A stretch of DNA of 64,000 bases, taken from the NCBI RefSeq assembly GCF_964204645.1, contig NC_134026.1, positions 27,500,150 through 27,564,149 of the forward strand, given 5' to 3'. The position numbers and the translations under genes are program-made. Within the stretch, counting starts at the first letter, position 1. Every line of letters begins with the position of its first letter. Positions 55,101 through 64,000 of this stretch are shown here, piece after piece. The notes beneath the pieces were generated by a model that made no database searches, was not told the DNA's origin, and saw only the letters and a list, made by a program, of their open reading frames with translations. Source of the DNA: Tubulanus polymorphus. Its lineage: Eukaryota; Animalia; Nemertea.

Positions 55101-58100
55101 AAGTATATTTCTATATGTGATTTCATATGTTTTATTTCATTCTATTTTTAGAAAATCAATCTCTAAATATTTGGTTCTATAGCAATTTCTCATTCAGAAA
55201 TGGCATAATTTTTGAAAACCCATTTGATAATCCAATTATTTTTCTATATTGCCCTTCAATTACACCAACCAAGAAAATAGTCTTTTAATTCTTCAATTTC
55301 TATGAATTTCGAAAGTTAGTTTTTGGAATTAGATGTGCTTTATATTCGTTGTCACTTCAACGTCCTTCAACTTCAGTTCATAGCAACTGAAAGATAAGGT
55401 TTTGAGGTGACAAAGTGTCTAATCTAGTCATTCAGCTTTCAGGTTTATTGCCTAATGATCTCTGCAATAAAATGAACCAATTATAAATACATGTTTGTTT
55501 GTTATGAAAACCTGTTGGGTAGGTTACATGCGATGGAAATTTACTGAATATCAAAGGAATTTAAGGGTTAGATCCTGTGCTTGAGCTGTCTGGTAAATGG
55601 TGTCGGAGAGAGAATGGTCTGTATTATCGAGTCATGTAAATCTTCGATCTGTCTGGAGAATCCTCAATAAGCCATCTTAACTTAAATGCTGACATTTTAT
55701 CGAAAGCCCATCATCGTCCTTGCCAATTTAGACTATGGAATTCAGAAAAATGGTTCATCATATGAAGGAACAGCATCGGTATACATAAGGAAAGATTTAA
55801 CTACATACGCATTACGTGATAACTTTTTGCTGAATGGACCCTGCTTTGCTCAGACATTCCTGTCCCCCATGAACTATGTTCTCCATGGATGCAATAATGA
55901 AGAAGTCCCAGGCACGTCTCTTGTTAATTATTTGTTTAACTTATATATCGAACTGTTCTATTCCAGGCTAACTTTCATCCGTCCATTTTGTTCCCCTTTC
56001 TCTTTTTACATTAAAAAGAAGGGTGTCCTCCCACAATATCTATCACTTTAACAATCGTCCTATCACAAAACATTTACATTATGAAAATAATTTAAAATCA
56101 TATCTTGGATTAGGGATGTACCAGATACATGAAAGTGATGCAGTTGGAAGTCAGTTGTACAAAATATTTATTCAAAATTCATCTAAAAGATGCAAATTAT
56201 ACGTTACTACTTACGATTTTATGTTGCTGCATTTGTAGATTGAAATCTGAAAATCTTTTGGCATGTATTTAGTTAAGTTATTATAATTTGATCATGTAAA
56301 TATTATTATTTTATGTAACAGAAACCTAAACCTATAGTATTAGCTCTAAAATAGCACACTCCAAAATGCATCAATGTGACAAGGGAAGAGGTCTCCTCAA
56401 ATTCATGAGGTTCCTGCCTCAAAATCTAGAGGTACCAGCCAGTCAGAAAATACATTGAAGGTAACATAAACCAGGAATTCGATTTCAGGTTCCCCAAAAA
56501 TAAGTTTGCGCCTCATCACTGGATAACAACTGCACAATGGCGTCACTGAATCTGATGTTTTACCAGGAACCCCAGTAAATACGAACGGATATATATGCTG
56601 AAACTGAATGATCTCCTCATACCTCTTGCACACATGGATGGATCAATTTGCCCTCTGGATGAATCGGCTATTGGGACATATCCCCAAATTATATCCCTAA
56701 AAGTCAATCTAGATCGTATCCTGGATATTAGCTGTATTGCTTAGTTATACCTTTGTTGTATACCGGTACAAGCTGCAATTGGACTGCCTAAGAGATGCGA
56801 GATACCCACTATCAATCTTCTTTGTGTGTGCGTTAAGAGGAATGTTTATCCACCTATTATTCACCTATGGTACATGCAAACAAATTTGATATTTATATCT
56901 TCATATTGTAGTTTGGCTTGGATAAGCATTCCTATCTAGTTAATTATACTGATCTCATTTTCAGGTTAAAATTGTTGATTTCTGTGAGGCTTATTTGAAT
57001 TCTATTCATTTTTTAGAGTAAACCATTTGATCTTGGGAAGAAAGTATTTGATATGTGGAAGGATGGGGTGTTTGAAGGAATGAAAGCACTTGAATATGAT
57101 CCAATCGAAGATGAGCGACTTGAACAGGAGCGCGAGAAAGAAAAACAGATAGAACGCGAGAAAAGATCAACTCGAGATCATGAAAGACAAGATAGACGTA
57201 CTGGTAGTAGGTGGGATGATAAAAAGGATCGAGATAAAAATAGGGATTCAGATCGTGGAAGGGGTCGGGATAGTGAGAGGCATGATAGATCAACTAGGGA
57301 CAGTGATCGTAGGGACAGAGACAGTGATCGTAGAGATAGAAATAGTGACAGGAGAGATAGAGATAGGAGAGACAGATCTGAGAGTGATAGGAGAGACAGA
57401 TCAGATAGGCGAGGGGATAGAGACAAGGGTCATAGAAGTGACAGTAAGGAGAAGGGTGAAAGGAAAGTTGATGAAACTGTTGACAAAAAAGATGATGGGG
57501 ATGCTGATAAGCTGAATGAAACAGACTCCAAATCAATGGAAGAAAAAGAAATCAACTCTGAGGTAAAATCAGAGGAAATGCAAGCAGTAGAGTCGAAACA
57601 AATGGAGACGCTGGACACTGAAAAGATAATGCCTGAAGTAAAACCACAAGAAGAAATGGAGATAAAACCGGATAATATGGAACAGGCGAAGCTAATAGAG
57701 GAAACCGACCAAGGAAGTGAGATGAAAGTTGAAGATAATGCAGAGGACGTAGAGATAAAGCAAGAAGACAATATTGAAAAAGTAGACATTGAACAGAAAG
57801 ATGAAGCAGAAACAAAACGTAAGGATGAAAGCCTAATGGAAGAAATACAAGGAAAACTAAATGCTGTTGATGAACAACAAGGAGAATCTGAAAAGATGGT
57901 GGTAGAAGAAACTAAAGTTGATGAAAGTGAAACCAAACCTGAGGAACCATTAGAGGAAGCACCAGTAACAAGAGTACTGCGAAGAAGTAGTAGGCGAAGC
58001 GGAGGTACACCAGATAAAAAAGCAAAAACTGAAACAAGTGGAGGTCTTCGAAGAAGCGGCAGACGTGGAAAGAAAGAGGAACCTAAAGAAGAGCCTAAAG

Positions 58101-59674
58101 TTGATGAGGAGATTAAACCAGATGAAGTTAAACCTGGTGGTGATGTTGAGATGGTGGAAGCTGTATGTGAGATTCAGGATGAAACATCAATTAAAGATCA
58201 AAAAGATGAAATTAAAAGTAGTGATGACACAGAAGTTGAAAGACCAAATTTAAAAGTTGATAGTAATACAACTGTAAACTCAAACGAAGCTGAAAAATGC
58301 ATGGAGACCGCTGAAAGCAAGATGGCTGAAAACGAAAATACGAAACATGATGAGCCTGATAAAGATAAGGAATCTAAAGCAGATGATAAAGAGAATGTCA
58401 AAGAAGATGAAACAGTGGATAAAATTGCAGATGAGGAAAAACATGGTAAGAATGATGGAGGTGACAAAATAGATGAAAATGTTAACGCTAAGGGAAATGA
58501 AGCTAAAGATCAAAATCAAGAAAATAAGGAAGAAAGTGAAGAGAAAGTTAAAACTGATACAAAAGATGAAAGTGTGACAGAAGATATTGTTGATTTACTG
58601 AATGTAAGACGATATGGTAGAGAAATATTGGCAGAACTTGGTTGGACAGGAGATGCCCTTGGACGAGAATGTGGCGAAATTATCTCTCCTATCCCAATAA
58701 TAAGTGTTGCTTATGTGCATGGGCCAGACGCTGTCATTCCTTACAAACCTCCGAAGCCCAAAAGATACAGGAAGAAAGTGAAACTAGTTGCACCATCTAA
58801 TGTGGATGAAGAAAATAAGGAGACTAATAAGGAGCTAGAAAATAAGGAACCAGAGACTTTAAACGCACCAGAGAATAAAACGGAGGAAAATATGGAAACT
58901 GAAGTGACAGAAAGGACAGACGTATCTAATTTGACTGAGAAAAATGATAATGACACCGATATGACGGAGGCAAACAATATTGAGGAACCTTCAGTTAAAT
59001 CTGACAAGAACATACACGATATGAACACAGAGGCCACAGATGATAATTCAGAGATACCGTCTGACTCTAATACGCAAGATTTGAATGCAGAGGCAGCAGA
59101 CAAAATTGATGACACAGAAAACAAACCTGAGGTACTTCCAGACAAATCTGATGCTAATACACAACATGTGATGACAGAATCAGTGGACGAAACTAATGAG
59201 ACAGACAGTAAGACTGAAGACAGTAGTAAGGGTGAATCTAGTGAGGTAGCCCCTGCAGACAACGTTGCTAATGCTTCAAAAAGTGATGCCAAAGAATCAG
59301 TTGCAGAAGAATCTGAATATGAAGAAATAACTGATAACGAAGAAGAAGAGGTTCCTGATCCTAATATCCCTCTGAGGCGTTTTAACGAGCAACAGTATGA
59401 ATGGGTTCAACAAGCTGTAAATCTTTATGCGACAAGTGGAATTGTTGATGAACTTGTGTTCTCCCCTGGTTTTAATAAGTTAGAACGGGCTCAGATTCGT
59501 TCGATATGTAAGAAAGTGATGTTAAAAACAGAACTGATTATAAAAGAGAAATATTGTTTCCTTGTCGCTTCACGTAAAACTGAAGATCCTGAGAAAATTC
59601 TACGCATTGTAAGAATGTTTGGTGGAGTCACCAACAAGTATGCTTCTCATCCACCCCAAAAAGTTAGGTGGTGA
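52197..59674 (+). CDS. Large NKRF-like RNA-binding protein: low-complexity N-terminus, dsRBD-like segments, G-patch and R3H-like domain. Exons ~52197-53429, 53522-53992, 54082-54890, 54975-55098, 57017-59674
   Basis: The G-patch-like segment is GREILAELGWTGDALGRECGEIISPIPI. The R3H-like segment is ELVFSPGFNKLERAQIRSICKK. A dsRBD-like segment reads CELYVQEYCLGTGESRSHKIAVQRAF. This domain order matches NF-kB-repressing factor, but orthology was not tested. Confidence 0.7.
53690..53875 (+). repeat. Coding tandem repeat of ~24-bp units (P-[GE]-T-[ED]-G-T-[DN]-x), about 7-8 copies
   Basis: Translation EPGTEDTNKAGTEGTDKPGTDGTDETGTDGTDKPETEGTNLPETEGTDQPETEGTDKPET, with repeated ACTGAAGGTACTGAT at the DNA level. 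Confidence 0.85.
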
Positions 59675-60796
59675 ATTATTTACTATAGGAAACTCTTCCT
59701 TACAGGTACCCTCTGCATTTGCAGATATTCTGATCTTCAACTTGTCTGATATCTGGTCGATGATATATTTACAATCCTAACACACTATTCAGTAAGGCAG
59801 GTTTTCTTTGAGATGAGGACGAGCTGGAAATTGTTAATATTCATGTTTATATATCTGGTGGACAATTAGTGTAAAAATTTTGTATTTTGCGCTGTAATAG
59901 TTATACGGTGTATCTTATATTAACTAGAAACGAATATATCTTGTTTTTCTGTATTATTGCTGATTAGTGGGTTTTGGTAAACATAGATTATTGTTGACAT
60001 TTCTCATGCTATGATTTTATTGTGTATAATGTTAGTTTAGAGATATATAGGGTACAGTGTATTTCATATTGCATTTGAGAGAGTTTTTACTGGAATATCT
60101 GAATCAAAATGTTTCTCATGATCAGAAAATCTAAATATCACAATCATTGTAAATTTACTGTTGAAATTAAAACTTATCATGTACCGGTACATTTGTATAT
60201 TTCAAAATAGAAATTTGGTAAATTTTGTGCTCTATGATTTATGATGCTTCAAAACTAATAGAAAATGCTTTCTTAAATGATAATATAATCAGATTAGAAC
60301 ATAATGCCAATTTTCTCATAAATGTTGAACTGGACTCGATTTAACCTTTTTAAATAAACCTACATCTATTTGTATTGGAAAAAATGTATGTATGTTTTTT
60401 ATTTGTGGAAAGATTTCTCAAGGTATAGTGCAGGTGTATGAAGTTAGGGCGAGGTTGACCAAGAACATAGTGTCTGCGACAGTTGGGTACATGGTACAGG
60501 ATCTTAAGAGTGATTGAGATCACTGAGCTGGTGGAAACAACCATGGATCTTATCAGCATACCACTTCGGCCCAGGATTGGGTGAAGGGTCTCATGAGTGT
60601 GAGGATTCTGCCCTGTCCCTGTGCCTAGTCTAAATATTAGACGATGTACGGGAATAATGGCACGATACTAATTAAACTATGCCCTAGGTACCTCTTTTTG
60701 AAAGATGGGATTTTTAGGGTTCGAATCCACAAACGACCACTTCAATTTCAATAACCCGGCCACTGAGGATACGAACGAACCATTATCGATGTCAAC

Positions 60797-63700
60797 ATGT
60801 CGATGGAACAAACATTTATTTGGGTCATTTCTGCGTTATTTTCACCCTTTCTAATCACACTATTTTCGACAGTCATTCTTGCATCATGTGGAAAATCCTT
60901 GGGTATCCGGAAATTATATGTGAATACGCTACTAAAGGTTTTCGAGGTAAATATACGGCTTGATTGTGTAAAGTTCGTCGGCAATCCTCGCCTGCCACAG
61001 CTGGTTCTATAATCTCCAATATGATATGTGGATAGGATTTATTCAGGAAATTAATGTTTTTTCGATTCTACTTACTGCTACCTACATGAAAGCGCAAATC
61101 TAGGGGTGTATGTGTGTGCATAAGCAATGATGAATGGCAGATGAGTATCACCTGCTGAATCAATCAAAAATAAATTGTGATAGGATTATTTTTTCCTGTC
61201 AGTGGGGACACCAACGAGTGAAAGATCATGAACAGTTGAAAAGAGATTTCGAAGATGATGGTGAAGATGAGAATAAAGATAAAGACGATCCACAATTAGC
61301 AACAGGTGATAGTAATGACGTAAATAATGGTGAGTTGTTATTGAACCAGGGACAAACTCTACGTTAAAAGTATAAATGAGAAAATTCGATCAACTTCAAG
61401 TGATTCTGGTATGGAGTTACTCTACCAGGCACATCCACAATCAAGACTGTCACTGATCTTCATCTCATTCACTTTCAGTACAGCCACAAGTTATCAAGAA
61501 GGAACTACCAATTTCCGCCTCAAAGCCCATTGAAATACCGAATGAAAGATCTTTGGAGTTGATGGACAAGGAATTTCATCTTTCAGATGTGATGTATTTT
61601 TGCAAAAGCGGTATTGAGGTAAGTCTGAGGTAATCTCTCCTCTGTAAAAGTCTTTATTTAAGGTTGATGTGATCAAAAATGTGTAATATATACACGTGTT
61701 GAGCATGACACATTTCTGTAACCATCAGGAGTTGAACCAAAGGTCAAGTATTGTTGATATGCCGTAGATTACATGAATTATGTTTGGTTAACTGACTGAC
61801 CTTTTATCATACGGCTAAATGCCTGGGCAAGAACTTGACATGAACCTAAATGATATTGAAAGAACAATTTTTTATATAATGAATTCATTGATATTCCAAT
61901 CATTCAAAAACAGTTAATTTATCCATATGAATCAGGCTAATGAATATTATACTTTATTTTGCCATTCTTTGATTTCAGGCTATTATAGAAGATGATGTAA
62001 CTCAGAGATTCAATGCCGAAGGTTTGTATTCCGGTTGTTGCGATCGATATATCATCTCTTCTAAATATGTTAAATATTGATTGTGACCATTCCAGAATTG
62101 ACAAGTTGGAATTTGCTGACAAGAACCAATCGGAATAATGAATTTGTTAGGTAATGGAAAAATTCTATTATAAGGAGAAAAAGCTCTTCTTGATAACAAA
62201 AAAACAATGAATATGTCTTGAAAATTTGGATTACCAGGGTAAAAGTTACCTTCTTGCTATTTCAGTTTGCGTCTAACAATATTATGGTGGATTGGATGTT
62301 TAGTAAGATATTTGATATTACTGCCTTTTAGGTTAGTTAGTTAGATACCTTGTTATCTAATAAAATTCTATTTAGCATGATTATTTTAATGCATATAATG
62401 CCTATAACTAAAAATATTAAATGAGCGATGAATTACATCACGTTTCAGAATTGGGCTAGCTTGCATCGGGATTACTTGGCTGCTCATCGGTACTGCATGT
62501 ATTGGATATCTGAAAAATGGCCGGTAAGCAAATGTCAAATTGAAACCTTAAGAAAAGGCTCAAATCGCAAAGAAAATATCTTATTAATGACCTGTTCTAT
62601 GAATTATTTCATAGAATGAAGAGGAGATTGAATGAATATGTAAATCTGACTGCATTCCGTATTATGGCAAGAGCATTTTCTGCTGTCATAACATTTCATA
62701 ATCGGTAAGCTATCATTGTGTTAAATCAGTAGTTGGGTCGCTGTATAATTTTTACTATATTTGTTATATTCTCAGTGGTTACCAGAAAGTGTAAAATAAA
62801 CGATGGTAAATTGCTATTATAGATGTATTGACGTATGTTTATGTATACCTGGTAGACTATAAAAACTTTTCTGCAGTCTATGGTTTATGGTAGAGATCAG
62901 CAATGATTCTTTTTGGAATGTTATTTACAGTAAATCTACTTAATTCAGACTTTTGAATGGTCCGGATAACACTCCAAAATGAAAATTCAGATCATTTCAT
63001 TTCATTGACCCTGATTAAGCAGGTTTTACTGTGAATCCTGTGACTAAGAAAGTTGAAAAAATCAACAAGATTTTTCATCTAGAAAAATGAAAATCATTTT
63101 ACAGAGAGAACAAAGCAAAGGGTGGTGGAATAGGGGTTGCTAATCATACATCACCTATAGATGTAGTGTTTTTATCTACCGACAACTGCTATGCTATGGT
63201 ATGTCAACTTTGCCATTTCCTGAATAATAACTTTGTATTGGTTATTCTTACTTTAAACAACCATATGACAGTGGTTTTATGATGCATTAGATAATGTCAC
63301 ATGCGTATAATGATTAATTGTTATAGGTGGGTCAGGCACAAGGAGGATTCCTAGGAATGATGCAGCGTGCATTAAGTCGAGCAGAAGCGCAAGTTTGGTT
63401 TGAGCGTTCTGAAGTTCGAGACAGGGTCGCTGTAGCTAACAGGCTACGAAACCACGTGGAAGATAAAAATAAATTACCAATATTAATATTTCCTGAAGGT
63501 AACTTTCTTGATTTTGAGATAACAGAATTGGTTGGGTTTTTTTAAGAAAGTTGATGTTGATATGATACTGCTGTTTTTTTTTGTTCAGGTACATGCATTA
63601 ACAATACCTCAGTGATGATGTTTAAGAAAGGTAGTTTTGAAGTTGGTGGAACAGTTTATCCGGCTGCTATCAAGGTATATTTCCAGTAATTTCTTTTGCA

Positions 63701-64000
63701 AAATATTAGAATTGTTAACACTTCCTGAAAATTCTGATCTTACAGTATGATGCCAGATTTGCTGATGCTTTCTGGAATAGCAGTAAAGAATCAATGGTTC
63801 AGCATATCCTTATGATCTTGACCAGTTGGGCAATTGTGTGTGATGTTTGGTACCTTCCGCCATGTACGAAAGGAGTAAGTTAAGATAATATCTGAACATA
63901 AAATGCTGACAGTAAGTTTTACCAGAAGACTTTCATTCCATTCCTTATTTGTAGGAAGATGAGAGTGCTATAGAGTTTGCTTACAGGGTAAAACAAGAAA
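60797..64000 (+). CDS. GPAT4: Glycerol-3-phosphate acyltransferase 3/4-like, 3' end beyond the window
   Basis: GKSLGIRKLYV, AIIEDDVTQRFNAEELTSWNLLTRTN, the catalytic HxxxxD motif ANHTSPID, WFERSE, LPILIFPEGTCINNTSVMMFKKGSFE and DAFWNS. GPAT3 and GPAT4 cannot be told apart; this is probably their common co-ortholog. Confidence 0.92.
62928..63031. mobile_element. ~104-bp pogo/Tigger-like MITE relic in a GPAT intron
   Basis: The left end is TA|CAGTAAATCTACTTAATTCAG. The reverse complement of the right end is CAGTAAAACCTGCTTAATCAG. CAGT termini with a TA target are typical of Tc1/mariner-pogo elements. Confidence 0.55.

Noticed and set aside
57178-59292. Long antisense and alternative-frame ORFs over the NKRF-like gene (also 52404-54809)
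   Set aside because: These are S/L/F-rich shadows of a low-complexity, purine-rich coding strand, with no independent coding evidence.

Overview
This is AT-rich, gene-dense metazoan (invertebrate) genomic DNA with spliceosomal introns, the shortest measured being ~75 nt; it is not prokaryotic. Eleven protein-coding genes can be rebuilt from splice sites and protein motifs: TMEM69(+), RAB23(-), USP14(+), FAM110-like(-), a divergent Ubc12-like E2(-), adducin/hts(+), PSMD4(-), RCCD1-like(+), WDR91(-), a large NKRF-like G-patch/R3H protein(+) and GPAT3/4(+, truncated by the window end). Several small non-autonomous DNA transposons are also present. The most unusual structure is the adducin splicing architecture. 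It has two paralogous 158-nt exons separated by only 29 nt (predicted mutually exclusive), a 9-nt microexon, and seven consecutive frame-preserving phase-1 exons, three of which carry a repeated ETN[VLI]D[DE] motif. Other points of note are a U12-type AT-AC intron in WDR91, a degenerate R3H domain and prion-like N-terminus in the NKRF-like protein, an E2 with an insertion before its catalytic Cys, and shared ARE/ETS-like motifs at the two proteasome genes. All gene models were read by eye; no searches or alignments were run.
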